Assembly (NCBI RefSeq): GCF_964204645.1
Contig: NC_134035.1
Coordinates: 12,246,451 to 12,310,450, forward strand
Reading direction: 5' to 3'
From: Tubulanus polymorphus
Taxonomy: Eukaryota > Animalia > Nemertea
DNA length: 64,000 bases
Shown here: positions 1-12,900 of the stretch, piece after piece
Position numbering within the stretch: position 1 is the first letter of the stretch
Layout: each line of letters opens with the position of its first letter
The notes under the pieces: generated by a model
Databases searched by the model: none
Told to the model about the DNA's origin: nothing
What the model saw: the letters and a program-made list of their open reading frames with translations, nothing else
Translations under genes and position numbers: made by a program

Positions 1-452
1 CCACTGGTCTGCTGATCCCCTTCCTCATCCAGCCACTGATCTAGATCCCTCTCCTCCTCCTGCCACTGGTCTGCTGATCCCCCTCCTCATCCTGCCACTG
101 GTCTGCTGATCCCCCTCCTCATCCTGCCACTGGTCTGCTGATCCTCCTCATCCTGCCACTAGTCTGCTGATCCCCCTCCTCATCCTGCCACTGGTCTGCT
201 GATCCTCCTCACCCTGCCACTGGTCTGCTGATCCTCCCCCTCATCCTGCCACTGGTCTGCTAATCCCCTCACCGAGCCACTTGTCTGCTGATCCCCCTCA
301 TCCTGCAACTGTTGAAGGGATCCCCCTCCTCATCCTGCCACTGGTCTGCTGATCCCCCTCCTCATCCTGCCACTGGTCTGCTGATCCTCCCCATCCTACC
401 ACTGGTCTGCTGATCCCCCTCATCCTGCAACTGTTGAAGGGATCCCCCTCAT
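1..452. repeat. 29-32 bp minisatellite (CCTGCCACTGGTCTGCTGATCCCCCTCCTCAT), ~14 copies, intronic
   Basis: Direct tandem periodicity (units start at 59, 91, 123...). It lies downstream of the minus-strand donor at 464. Confidence 0.95.
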
Positions 453-464
453 TCTTATACTCAC

Positions 465-3430
465 TATTGTGAAAGCTTTATGACATTTTTCTCCGTTCAT
501 ATCCGTTGCCTCGAACTTTTGAAGTAACCCAGCCGAATCCACGCGCCAAATCGGCCAATTTTCATCGGGAAATACCTTGTCTTCAACGATGAAAGTACCT
601 TTCTAAAAACAATACACGCTAACGTTTTAATTGAGTCGCAAATTAAAGATGAGTAACTGATAGCTACAGATGCATACCTCCCATGGACAGGTGACTGTTT
701 GTGTAAGTACAGGGGTAGATTTAACAGGAACCGTTTTACTGAAACAATATAAAATATACATAATTCAATTGCTAGTCGAATATGACAATAGGGTTGGGCG
801 TAGTTAGAATCTGGGTTTGTGCACCCTGGGCGAAACAACTCTCCATCCATCCTAGTACGATAGATGACTCCTGAGTACTGTAGCTCAAGGGACCAGTTTC
901 ACTTTCTCTTTCACAAAGCAAAATTATGATTACAGTCGATTACAACCTTTTTCAGCTTTTCCTAATCAGCTTTCCGAACTTGGGGCGGTAAGTTACTTCC
1001 CTCCAACTAGAAGTGCTAAACACAGGCGTCATACAGTTGAAGCCTGAGAGAACAATCCTTGCAGGACACATTCTTAGCAACAAAGAAATCAATTTCACTG
1101 ACCATGACTTGAGATGATACATATTGGTATGTCGTATGGTTTGCACTACACCGAATTGGACCAAGATTTATGAATTGTTGAATGAATTCTTCCCAATGCA
1201 CTCTCTCGTCCGTAAGCCAAAGTAAACGTGGAACTTACATGACTGGTTTCGGTAGAATATGTCTTTGTGACCGCGGTGTTTTCAGTATTCGATTCTTCTC
1301 AGGTTGACTAGATGTGGCTCTACTAATAACAGGTGACTTCGATTCTACGGCTACGGGTAAAGGTAAAACCTTCTTTTTTGTTTCTCGGGCTTTGTACGTA
1401 AACTTTTTCTACAGAAATAAAACCAAAGACGCATCACAGGAAGGGGCCTTGCCTTTTTGAGCCAAAACCAAAAACTTGTTTTCAAAAATAAATACCCTTT
1501 TTTCTTCGGCAGGCGCCCACTCCGGGTCACTATCCGAATCATACATTTCTCTCTCTAACTCTTCTTCTTGTTCGATTAGAAATTCATCATCACTTTCATC
1601 ATAAACATCATCATTCTTGCTGTCATCATTCACTTTAGTTGTCTCGTCCTTTTTTACATTGAAACTGTTAGCAGTGTAGTCTACTGTAGCAGGGATTTTG
1701 CGAGTTCTACTGCGAGTTTTACGAACAGGCGATTCAGCTGATGAATCATAGAAGAAAAAATACATATCAAACTGTTTATAATTAAACCGAGACCCGGGTA
1801 TTAGTTGCACTCTCAGCACTTGGGGTTTTAAGATCATCTCGGTTGTATAGCCCAAACTAACAACTTAAAGACACGCCATTTTGGCAACTGGGCCCAGATG
1901 AAAGGAAGAGAACTACTTACCTGTAATATCACTCATTTCTCCTTCAATTAACTCTTCAGTTTTTACAGTATCTATGACTTTAGTTTTACCAGTATCTTCT
2001 ACAACTTCAATTTTACGATTGCCTTCTACAACTTCAGTTTTACGATTGCCTTCTACAACTTCAGTTTTACGATTGCCTTCTACAACTTCAGTTTTACCAT
2101 TGTCTTCTACAACTTCAGTTTTACGATTGCCTTCTACAACTTCAGTTTTACCATTGCCTTCTACGACTTCAGTTTTATCAGTGCCTTCTACAACTTCAGT
2201 TTTACGATTGCCTTCTACAACTTCAGTTTTACGATTGCCTTCTACAACTTCAGTTTTACGATTGCCTTCTACAACTTCAGTTTTACCATTGCCTTCTACG
2301 ACTTCAGTTTTATCAGTGCCTTCTACAACTTCAGTTTTACCATTGCCTTCTACAACTTCAGTTTTACGATTGCCTTCTACAACTTCAGTTTTACGATTGC
2401 CTTCTACAACTTCAGTTTTACCATTGCCTTCTACGACTTCAGTTTTATCAGTGCCTTCTACAACTTCAGTTTTACCATTGCCTTCTACAGCTTCAGTTTT
2501 ACGATTGCCTTCTACGACTTCAGTTTTACCATTGTCTTCTACGACTTCAGTTTTACCATTGCCTTCTACGACTACAGTTTTATCAGTGCCTTCTACAACT
2601 TCAGTTTTACCATTGCCTTCTACGACTTCAGTTTTACCATTGCCTTCTACAACTTCAGTTTTATCAGTGTCTTCTACAACTTCAGTTTTACCATTGCCTT
2701 CTACGACTTCAGTTTTATCGGTGCCTTCTACAACTTCAGTTTTACCATTGCCTTCTACAACTTCAGTTTTACCATTGCCTTCTACGACTTCAGTTTTATC
2801 GGTGCCTTCTACAACTTCAGTTTTACCATTGCCTTCTACAACTTCAGTTTTACCATTGCCTTCTACAACTTCAGTTTTATCAGTGCCTTCTACAACTTCA
2901 GTTTTACCATTGCCTTCTACGACTTCAGTTTTACCATTGTCGCCTACAACTTCAGTTTTAAAAGTGCCTTCTACAGCTTTAGTTCTTAATCTATCAGTGT
3001 CTTCTTCAACTTCAGTTTCCACATTGTTTACGACTTTAGTTTTACCAATGTCTTCAATTTCAGTCTGATCGATGTCTTCTACAACTACACTTGTGTCAAT
3101 TTCTACAACTTTAGTTCTAACAGTGTCTACAGCTTTAGTTTTAATGGTGTCTACGCTTTCAGTTTTATCAATGTCTCCTACCACTTTTGTTTTAACAGCA
3201 TTTAAAGCTTCAGTTTTAACAATGTCTGTGTGCTGATTGGCAGCTGGTGAATGATCGTTGTCATTGGTTACTGATAGTCTACGACGTTTGATTGTTGTTC
3301 TATCGGCGCTTATCTCAACTGTGTTCTGATTGGCTGTCACAACTGATGAATCAGCGTTGTCATCGGTTACTAATAAATGGGGACGTTTCATCGTAGCGTT
3401 ATCGCAGTAATCCATCGTCGCTTCATTCAT
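465..3430 (-). CDS. Multi-exon protein with a 9-aa repeat region and a QSER1/PRR12-like (DUF4211-associated) motif; 3' part runs off the window
   Basis: Exons 3430-1921 (ATG 3430, acceptor at 3438), 1737-1496, 1408-1239, 738-678 and 602-465 all have GT-AG boundaries and join in frame. The last exon reads KGTFIVEDKVFPDENWPIWRVDSAGLLQKFEATDMNGEKCHKAFTI, resembling the G.F.V..D....P.WR.D...LLQK.E motif I recall from invertebrate QSER1/PRR12-like proteins. The structure is confident; the family call is from memory. Confidence 0.65.
1990..2960 (-). repeat. Coding 27-bp tandem repeat (TEVVEGNGK/TEVVEGTDK/TEVVEGNRK), ~35 units
   Basis: 27-bp period, open frame throughout, inside the 1.5 kb exon. 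Confidence 0.95.
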
Positions 3431-4375
3431 GACGCCACTGAAAAAGAAACAACAGATGTAGTTCTTCCCTAAATACACTGTAAACTACACAATCACAGCC
3501 ATGTTTGGTCAAAACGAAAAGAGAGGCCCGGTAACAGGGTAACCTAGGGCTAGGCCTATTAAGTGTCCAGCTCATTTTCTTTCAGGTTATTAGTGACAGT
3601 CATCCTCATCTACTAGGTATTTGTTTGCCAACCGCCAAAGCTCATGCCAACATAGATCCTACCTACAGACCCTTCATTGGTTTATTACACCACCAAAGAT
3701 TTCTTGGGCGAACAAGTTGCCACTAGAGAGTGAATCTGCCCGTGAAAAAGAGGGTTTTTGGGTGGTGCAATAAACCAGGAAAGGATTGCAGTGAGGGTTT
3801 GTGTTGCGTTGGTGAACCCAAGTGAGCCTTGGTTAGTGGGAACCAAACCCTGGCAAGCAAGGTTGGGTGACTGTTTGCCGGGTCGAAGGGGCAGGGATGC
3901 TCTAAACGCCACCACGAACTTTCTCTCTCTTCTTCTGGGGCTTTTTGGCTTTTTGCGCCTTTTCAATCCCTAAGATCAATGCCAGCCAAAGAAGTAATGG
4001 AATTTCGAACTACGAAATTATTTCGAAGGCAATTAGAGGGGCCTATAAATCCTTACCTTTAGAAAATAACCTCGAAAACAAAGTGACATTTGGGGCCCTA
4101 ATTCAATTCAATTCAACTATATTCACAGTCAGTTGTAAAACCCGGAAGCCGGACTAATTTGGGTTTCAATCGCGTTAACTCCGATTCCGTGTTTTTAGCA
4201 AATCATCAATTCAAACGACACACTTTATTGATAGATAGTACACGTATTTGACAGCCCTCGATCGGTGATTATTAGTCGAATCAAATAAACCGTTTATAGA
4301 CTCAATCATCAGCTGGTGTCCAGTGTCCGTCGTTTTGTAAGAGGAACTCAGCGCGTTGAAATTTATGTGAAAATC

Positions 4376-5222
4376 ATGGTAAACTTTATGAGAAATCTAT
4401 CGATAAATGTTAGACAGTTGTACTATTTATCGCCAGGAACCGTTAATTTTGATATTTTACTATTATTTTCAGTCAGCTCTGTTTAACTTTCAAAGTTTAC
4501 TGACTGTGGTTTTATTATTGATCTGCACATGTGCGTACTTACGTTCGATTGCGCCAAGTATTTTGGATAAGAACAAAGAAGGGTAAGTTAAATGGATGGA
4601 ATTAACCGGTCTGTCCACTACTGTCTGACACACCTGCTCTCCGTGCAATGTTTTGGACCGTAATTTCGTTAATAATCGGTTTATCTGTACATACTATGCA
4701 TCAATTATTGTATTCATCAATTATGACTTTTCTTATCTTTGATTTCAGATTGCTAGGTATATTTTGGAAATCGGCAAGAATAGGTAAATAGATTCTTACT
4801 TTTTGAAGCTAGAATTTTCAATTATTTAGAATATCAATACCTGAAACTAGTTGGCATACCAGGGGTCAGTTTTGTTAGTTACCTTATCGTTGGTGGTAAG
4901 CTTTTATAATCAGATGGGCTTATACCACTGTGATATGGTCATGTGGTTTGTGAAAATATCCGATCGTGAAATAAACCACAGACAGGTCAGTTGAGAACAG
5001 TCCTATGACTATCTCAGTTCTATTGCTAATCTTAACGCTTAATGACCACTTTTGGACTAAACCATTTCAACTATGCAACTGACCCTGGTAGTTATGAGTA
5101 AAGCTTAATGCGTCGTTTATTCATCTGTGCTATTATTTATTTCTACAACAGGTGAAAGGAAGAGTCCATATGTAGCTGTATGTTGTATCGCTATGGCGTT
5201 CAGTATCCTGTTCCTGTCCTGA
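4376..5222 (+). CDS. TMEM167A: Protein kish-A / TMEM167 (72 aa)
   Basis: Exons 4376-4378 (ATG only), 4473-4582, 4749-4783 and 5152-5222 total 219 nt. They translate to [72 protein letters not shown], nearly identical to vertebrate kish-A as I recall it. Confidence 0.97.
4875..4990 (+). mobile_element. Dispersed short repeat family (TAGTTACCTAATCGTTGGTGGTAAGCTTTT...AAACCACAGACAGGT)
   Basis: Related copies at ~7271-7298(-), 7745-7830(-), 43893-44000, 44866-45020 and 55257-55363. Confidence 0.8.
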
Positions 5223-6084
5223 TTCCATCCACTTCTAATCACGGGCATAATGCTAGCAATTACTGATGGTGCTTTATGGGGTCAATGTCGGTTCAGATGT
5301 CGGTGGAATTTTATAAAATTCTCTTTGAAACAAATTCCTGTATAAATTGTGTAGATGTCAACATGAAATAAAATACTATTGTATATATATATATATATAT
5401 ATATATGTCCTTGTTTTTCTGTCCTCTTGATGGTCAAAGGCTTTAGGATCTTGACTGTCCAAAATCCGAAGCAGGCTGCTAAATTGAATCTTTCAAGTCT
5501 CATGATTGAATACAGATTACATGGAGCATTTTATCGTGTGTTCACGATACAGTCGACAACCCTTGCCATGGAGTTGACCGGGCCAGAGATGACTAGTTGA
5601 CTTTGCAAAGGTAAAAAGCAAAGAATTTTGATACAAAGAAAGTATATTAGAGATGAAATAATACCATTGTTGAACATGACAGCAATAAAAAGTTGGCTTG
5701 GCCTTAAAATAAAAGTTAGGTAATAAGGTACAATCGTACTCAAGTTGTCATAGGATGTCATTATGGTGACAACTCTCACTTAGAACAGTAAAATCATCGC
5801 CTTTCTTTTTTGACTAACTCTTGACGAAAATGAAATCATTCTTCTGACTGTCCTAAACTGGGACATCCCTTACTGATTTTGCCAGTTCCATTTTGAGTTA
5901 GGCGAGGTTTACTGGAAATACTCAAATTGTGATTAAAAAATAAGATGACTTATAGATTTCGAATGTACCGCTAAATTTTGGGTAACAACCAAAAAAATCA
6001 CAGTGTGAGCAGTTAGTTAACGCACCAAGAAAAACAAAAATATATACAAGAGATTTCAAACATTATCCGTGAATAATAAATCTT

Positions 6085-8052
6085 TCAAACCATCTGAGGT
6101 TTCACTTTCCCACTTAATCCGATAAACAAAAACCCTACTATAACCGTCACATTGTCGAAAATCATCCGTATTTGGTTCCAAAAGTCTAAACCGCGTCGGC
6201 GCCAGTAACGCGTGTCTGTTTCGATCGATAACGTCAAAAATAATAACACTAAAACTATCAAATAACAGACGTCGACGATATACCGTCCGCTGAGACAAGT
6301 TAAAGCACCGATAGCGAGAGCGCCGACCACGACGTAAATCATAAGGTCGCCGTACAAAACGTGATCTTTAAACGCTTCCGTTTCCTCGGGTATATTCATG
6401 ATCGAATACGCGTAGCACAGTAAATAAACACCGGTAACCGTTTCGCCGAGTCGACGCAGTTCGTTCGACGAGTTACGCGCGCTCGATATGAACGCTAACA
6501 ACGTGTATACACCGACCGTACCGATTATACGTATTAACATCCGCACCTGAAATATAATAACAATAATCACATTCATTCAAATGCATCGAGAAAGTGGATT
6601 CAAATTTGCCCATTAATAAAATATGCTTTCATATAGCACTATTTTCTAAAAGGACTCACTATGTTTCACATAAAATACTTATTCAACCCAAGATAAAACA
6701 CTGGGGCCGGTTGCTCAAAAGTTGGTTAAAGGTAACCAGCGGATAAATACCATAGTAACAATGAACTTTTAATTGTCACTATGTCAACTATCCACTGGTT
6801 AACTCTAACCATTTTTTGAGCAACTGGCCCCTGGATTCAAATATTCACTATGCTTCACATAAAATACTTATTCAACCCTGAGATTAAACACAGAGGCCGG
6901 TTGCATAGTCATGGCTTAGACTTAAGACCAGTCTAAGACCAACTTAGTTCTAGAGCCAATCTAACAACTTAAGACCAGTCTTAAGATTTACAACTTAAGA
7001 CCAGTCTTAAGATTTAAGACCACTTTTGGACTTAAGTCACAACTGTGCAACTGGCCCCAGGAGTATTCTAAGCACTTAAAGCATTAGGAAACATGAAAGT
7101 TTTTAACTTTTTTTTTAAAAGCATTAACTGTAGTTCCAGGAATTATTCTTGTTAATGTCATTTTACCTTACGTATTATCGATTTTTACAATAAGGGTCAG
7201 AAACCACAGTTTGGGGATGCATACTGGATGATCTAAGCTATAGTTCAAAATTAATAGTTTCACAATCGTAGCTTACCACCAATGATTATTTAACTAACAA
7301 CCAGGGGCCCGTTGCACAGTCGTGACTTAAGTCCAAAAAGGGTCTTTAATCTTAAGACTGGTCTTAAGTTGTTAGATTGGATATAGAACTAAGTTGGTCT
7401 TAGGCTGGTCTTAAGTCTAAGCCATGACTATGCAACCGGCCCCAGGTGCTTAGTTAACAAAAACTTTAAATCACAGCAGACTTATTACTTACCCGGACCC
7501 ATTCCCGATATCTGACTGCAGGGACGCTCCAGATGCTATACCCCATATATAACAACTGCCCACAGTAAATTAAACACGCCTCTTTCCTTTTTAAATTCGA
7601 TGATAAACAAACTCCGACAACGATAAATAAACCAACGTTAATGAAGATGACTCTTGGAGGAAGAAATGGGTAACTGAAATGAAAAAGCCAGCAGGGTCAT
7701 GTCAGATGGACCAGTGGATAGGACCGGGGAGCAGTCAGCGGCCTGTCAGTGGTTTAGATTCATAAACGAATTTGGTATAAGCCCATCCGATTATAAAAAG
7801 CTTACCACCAACGATTAGGTAACTAACTAGTAACTTACTAACTACAAAAAAAAAGTCAGGCGAGTTCTATTATAATCAAATCATCCATAAAAAATTCAGA
7901 ACAATTAGTAACTCAGGTGAAGTTGAAACATACTTTTCTCTAGTAGCTCTTTCACCTAGCAACATCAGTAAAGTAACCGCATTTGCGAATGGAAACCGCG
8001 TGTATAGGAAAAAAGATAACTTTTTGAGAAATTTTCCCATGGAGGTCGCCAT
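6085..8052 (-). CDS. TMEM101: Transmembrane protein 101 (253 aa)
   Basis: Exons 8052-7934, 7673-7493 and 6546-6085 total 762 nt in frame. Motifs TRFPF..L.LL.ERA, VRM..R, G.YL.CYAYS and YW.R....FWNQ match TMEM101. Confidence 0.93.
6704..6830. mobile_element. PIF/Harbinger-like MITE
   Basis: TIRs GGGCCGGTTGCTCAAAA / TTTTGAGCAACTGGCCC; CTG TSD at 6701-6703 and 6831-6833. Confidence 0.85.
6894..7057. mobile_element. PIF/Harbinger-like MITE (family B, internal CTTAAGACCAGTC repeats)
   Basis: TIRs AGGCCGGTTGCA / TGCAACTGGCCC; CAG TSD. Confidence 0.85.
7305..7442. mobile_element. PIF/Harbinger-like MITE family B, inverted relative to 6894-7057
   Basis: Reverse complement of the 6894 copy; CAG TSD at 7302-7304 and 7443-7445. 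Decayed relatives at ~5035-5085, 9322-9473, 49225-49505 and 61318-61400. Confidence 0.85.
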
Positions 8053-9613
8053 CTTGAAGTAGACATAGGGAGGCGAGTGTTTGTGTAATCTGTCAAGTGC
8101 TGCCTCTATGCATATCGTTGACGGCGATTATGTGAACTAACATATTACTCGCATGCCACAGTAGGAATATTGCTCACGATATTCACCGCTAACATTAGTG
8201 TGATCCACGGGGGCATCTTCTTCAGTCTAAAGTGCATTGTATTCATTTGCAACCACCCGAAATATTTCTAATTTTTAAATAAACTTTTTAGATTCTTCAC
8301 ACATTGTGGGATTTTTTTACTCATTTCATATACTATGACGCAGTACTTGAATCCCGGCCAACATCAACCAAAATTGTTGCTTGTTTGATTTTACATTCTT
8401 CGGGAAACCCCGGAATCCCGTAACACTAAATCACACAACATGGAATTACAACGAATAAATCATGGACATTGGACTCGGGAACTTGAGTCTCGCATCGCCG
8501 GCTCGTTTCACTTGAGTCGCGCCGGTCCCTGGAAGGTATAAGAGGTGGCTGCCGTCCAGGACAGGCTTAGCCCATAGTCAAAACAATTTAAAACAAATTA
8601 TTCATTGTTCATTTATTTTAGAAACAATTTGTATGATGTAAAATAAGAGTGAGTTTCAGAAAAAGGCAAGGCTTGTCGGTGACTGACAAAAAAGGAATGT
8701 TAGAATAAATGTAGTAGTTGGTTAATAAAGAACTAAGTTAAAAATATAACTACGATAAATATTTGGAATATGGAAATACAACACACTCAATATGCTACAT
8801 GAATATGACAGTTTGGACTGGATTTCCTAAAGAGGATTATAAATTGATAAGTAAATAATGGCGTTTCATCCTCGATTTGAAAATATTCAAACTTTAACTG
8901 TATTTTATAGTGTGACTAATTTGATTCCAAAGTTTAGGACCTCCTCTTCAAGCTCAAGTGTAGCCTGTTCATCGAAATTCGTATTATGGTCTCATTCAAT
9001 AGATAACTAAACCCATATATGCCAGAACAAAAAGTTTAGGACCGTTTAAGATTTTATTACGTTAGTATTTCTATTAACGACAAAATGGCGATTAGTCCTC
9101 GATGATGATGCATTGACCTCAAAAAGATCAGCGAACGTGCAAGGTAGAAGGTTAAGTGAATGACAATGATACATCTACCCGAGACGAATTATCAAAGAGC
9201 CAATGAGCAGGAAGGAGATGAATTCACCGAAGGTCCTATGTTATTCTAATAAGCCTGTTTTATGATTAGAAAACGCTCCTGTCAAATTAGAAAATCCCTG
9301 TCCAATACAACGCTTAGTTTAAGGGCCAGCTGTATCAGTCGTTCTTAAGTCCATAAGTAATCTTACATTTTAAGACTATATAGTCTTAGTCAGTTGACCA
9401 CATATAACGTTGGTAAATTGGCCACATAACTAAGTTGGTTTTAGACTAGTGTTTAATGACTGTGCAACTGGCACATGGGCATCGGCGCTTTCCTACGTGG
9501 AGGCACCCCTAACAAGAAATAGTATCGCGAACCATTACAGGATTCGAATCTAATGGCATTTTGGTGGCGACAATCCCATTCATAACTTCTCGGCGGGAAT
9601 ATCATTACTAGTC

Positions 9614-9669
9614 ATTGGTCAGTCTTGTGCAATATGACGTCACGCCGGTGTCGGTATATAAGGCCCGGT
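9614..9669 (+). promoter_or_regulatory. Pol II core promoter: CCAAT (reverse), CRE, TATA
   Basis: ATTGG 9614-9618, perfect TGACGTCA 9635-9642 and TATATAAGG 9655-9663. These are followed by a short 5' exon ending at CAG|GTAAGT (9704/9705) and an acceptor at 9805. Confidence 0.7.
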
Positions 9670-9930
9670 CACGGGATCACTCTTTCCAGTTCGGCCATTT
9701 TCAGGTAAGTTATGCTACGTCCATTTGATTTTTTTTGTTGATGAAATGTTTCTTGATTGATTATCTAATATCTTGGTATTAATTATTCTTTTATTAATAT
9801 TGCAGTAGCATCCATTACGCAACAGCAGCAGATATCAGTATCATCAACAGCAGCACCAGAAATCAAAATAACGACGACCAACAACACACATACAGCAGCA
9901 GAAGAAGAAGATTAAGATAGAATTAGAAAA

Positions 9931-12900
9931 ATGTCGTACACATTTGTTCTTGAAATCTTGCAGGCGGTACAGGTCGAGGCGGTGAAGAACAGCGGGTCCC
10001 TCGACCTGTTTTGTATCATCAGTAAGTTTTTATTCATTACCTTATCTCAGTTATTAAGCCTCAACTATCTCAATTACTTATCTTGGTTACCTCAAATATT
10101 CAATACACAACAATCTAGCACAAATCTCTGAAATTTCATTAAAAGATTTCTCGAATCCGAAATCTTAATAAACTAGAGTATCTAAACTGCTAAATACTTA
10201 CCCAATTCTATTCAGGTAATATCTTTATTCATTTGAATACACCAGTTACTTGAAAGTTCAATTATTTCAATACTAAATCTCAAAAACTAATCACAAAAAT
10301 ATTGAATTTTCAATACCTCAAATGTATAATTTTACTGATCTTAAATATTTCAATCATTTGATTCAAGGTCAAATCTCAGTTCAATACCAAAATATCATTG
10401 ATTTTTTCTTAAATCATTTATTTTCTATTCTCAATTATATCATTTGATAATAGTTTAATATTCTTTTTATTAAATAACAACTCAATTATTCTTCATTGAA
10501 AAGTAAAATTTCAATTGATTCTGTAAATTCGTTCAAGCATCTACAAAATTGAATAAGGAAAGGAAATTATTTCTATTTCTGCATTAAAACAATATAAGTT
10601 ACAAATTAACTGCAGTAATGACAAATATATCTATCTACCCTTGATGTCTCATAGAATTTCCATTCCTTTGCTTCATTCGAGACTCGAAACAAATATTCAT
10701 GAAACAAAATTGAATTGAATTTAACACAACTTGACTGACTCTGATGGATGGGATTTAATAAAATGATGTAAAAAATTATTTCCGGGTTCAAATTTGACGT
10801 TTGTAAAGAATCCCATCACTCCAAGCATGTATCATTGATGCTCTTTAATTCTTTTCAGAAAGCTGCAAATAAACAGTTTGAAACTGTTTAATAGATAATA
10901 GGCCTCGGTCATCATTGATATCATTATCATATGTCTTTTTAGCAGGGTGGTGCGGTGGCTAGTCCTCCGTCCAAAAGACCACCCAAGCACAGGCCACATA
11001 GAAATTCCAAATAAATAACTATAAAAAGGCCTTTTATGTGAAGTTTGAATTTGCATTGCGAGTTAGGCTATTGAAATTTTTACTGATTCTTTTTTTATCC
11101 GATCAGCAAGACTATATTTTAAAATTTAGTTAATTACACTGCGTGCGGATCATTGGATAGGCCAACATCAGATAGGCCTAGGCGTACTAACGATGTTTCC
11201 GTAAAAAATGAAAAGGCAGCAGTGCATAATTGATAATAGTCGTTGTAGGCCTGATGAAGTTAGAAAAGGTTTCTATTTTGTTGTAAAAATTATTTGCAAT
11301 TAGGCCTAAAAGCTACGGTAGGTACCGGACCCAAATATTTATCCATCTCTGAATAAAGCCTAGCAACCCCGGCCTAGTGTTTTTCCAGCCTGGGCGTAGC
11401 GTTTTTCCAGCCCAGCCCTCGTAACATAACAACTTAAAACTTCAACAGAAATGATATGAATGCAGTTTTTTGCGGGGAAGTAGGTGTCGCTATATTTACA
11501 GTGATTTATTCCACCGATTGATTCAACATTCGAGGGGTAAGTAGTGACTGTTTTGAAATATCTAATGAATATCGGTATACGTGAAATAGGCCTAGATTCC
11601 TATTATTATTCTTTATTCACTGTTGAATGACATTTTGTTTAATGAGTGAATGATAATATATTTGATGTTTTGTAGTAAATGGATTTGATTGATTTATATG
11701 AAGTCACTGGTTGCGGGAGGAAGTTTGAATAATTGCGTAATGTCCAATAACAATTTACTCAACGTAAGTGTATCCTATCTCTCATTTATTCATTATTTAG
11801 TGATATATATGTTTGGTTTTTTTATGACGACTGTTTTTATAAAAATGTGTTTATTATATTTAGAATGAATTTGTTTGAAGCCGGCTGTGAATTGGTTTTA
11901 CAATCTTCAGTGATACCAGTGGATCATCCCAGTACCAGTGAAACCAGCGCATCATCCCAGTACCAGTGATACCAGTGCATCAAGCCAGTACCAGTGCATC
12001 ATCCCAGTACCAGTGATACCAGTGCATCATCCCAGTACCAGTGATACCAGTGCATCATCCCAGTATCAGTGATACCAGTGCATCATCCCAGTACCAGTGA
12101 AACCAGTGCATCATCCCAGTACCAGTGATACCAGTGCATCGTCCCAGTACCAGCGATACCAGTGCATCAAACCAGTCTGGTTATTCTACAAACTGCTGAT
12201 TGTTGATTTTTCAGTTTCTATTGGTTTTGGTTTCTGTGAAGGAAATACTGATGATATTTTAATGTAATTCTTTGCTTCGTTTTTTTGTTTGAAATGAAAA
12301 TTAAGTAACTTTTGAAGTATTTGTACTTTGAATACAATTTACGTTGTAAACATTTTAAATAAAATGGCACATTGAGAAATCAGAATCGTCACAATTCTTT
12401 TTTGGTTGAAATTGAATATTCAGTAAGATTACTAACTGGCAGCCTTTGTTGTTTCTCGGTCAAATTAAGTACATTTTGCATATTTGTTCTTCATCTTGAA
12501 TTTTGGTTACCCTTGATCTCATCATCACAAAAACATGTTTTGATCAGAAACAAAATGGCTTTCTTGTGGGTTTTTATACCACAAATATCATTGTTAGGCC
12601 TGATGTTCGCCGTATTACATTGAAATTTGAAATGGTATATTTGAGGAAAGGATACTTGATGAAACCCGTTTTTCGATTAGCCAATACTACACAATCAGCG
12701 GCCATCTTAGTCTCATCAAATCTCGTTCATTGGAAAATGGTTTTATTGATGAAAATATCGACTAGTTTCATAAACCTTAACAGGTTTCTTCATGCGTCCC
12801 TCTATCTTGAATTGTTTTTGTATTACTATTGTAAATTTCTTATACATGTAATTCAAAATGGTAAATGAATTATCATGTTATGATATTATTTTACTTGAAT

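Noticed and set aside
1-452. Possible coding repeat (DEEGDQQTSG) on minus strand
   Set aside because: Unit lengths of 29 and 32 bp break the frame, and it lies after a splice donor.
1974-3068. 364-aa Ser/Thr-rich ORF on + strand
   Set aside because: Antisense shadow of the coding 27-bp repeat; splice sites support the minus strand.
8400-8575. RNase MRP/P-like words GGAAACCCCGG and ACAGGCTTA
   Set aside because: The two segments cannot form the P4 helix.
10945-11013. Possible terminal exon GGAVASPPSKRPPKHRPHRNSK*
   Set aside because: Phase incompatible with the upstream phase-1 donor; no partner exon identified.
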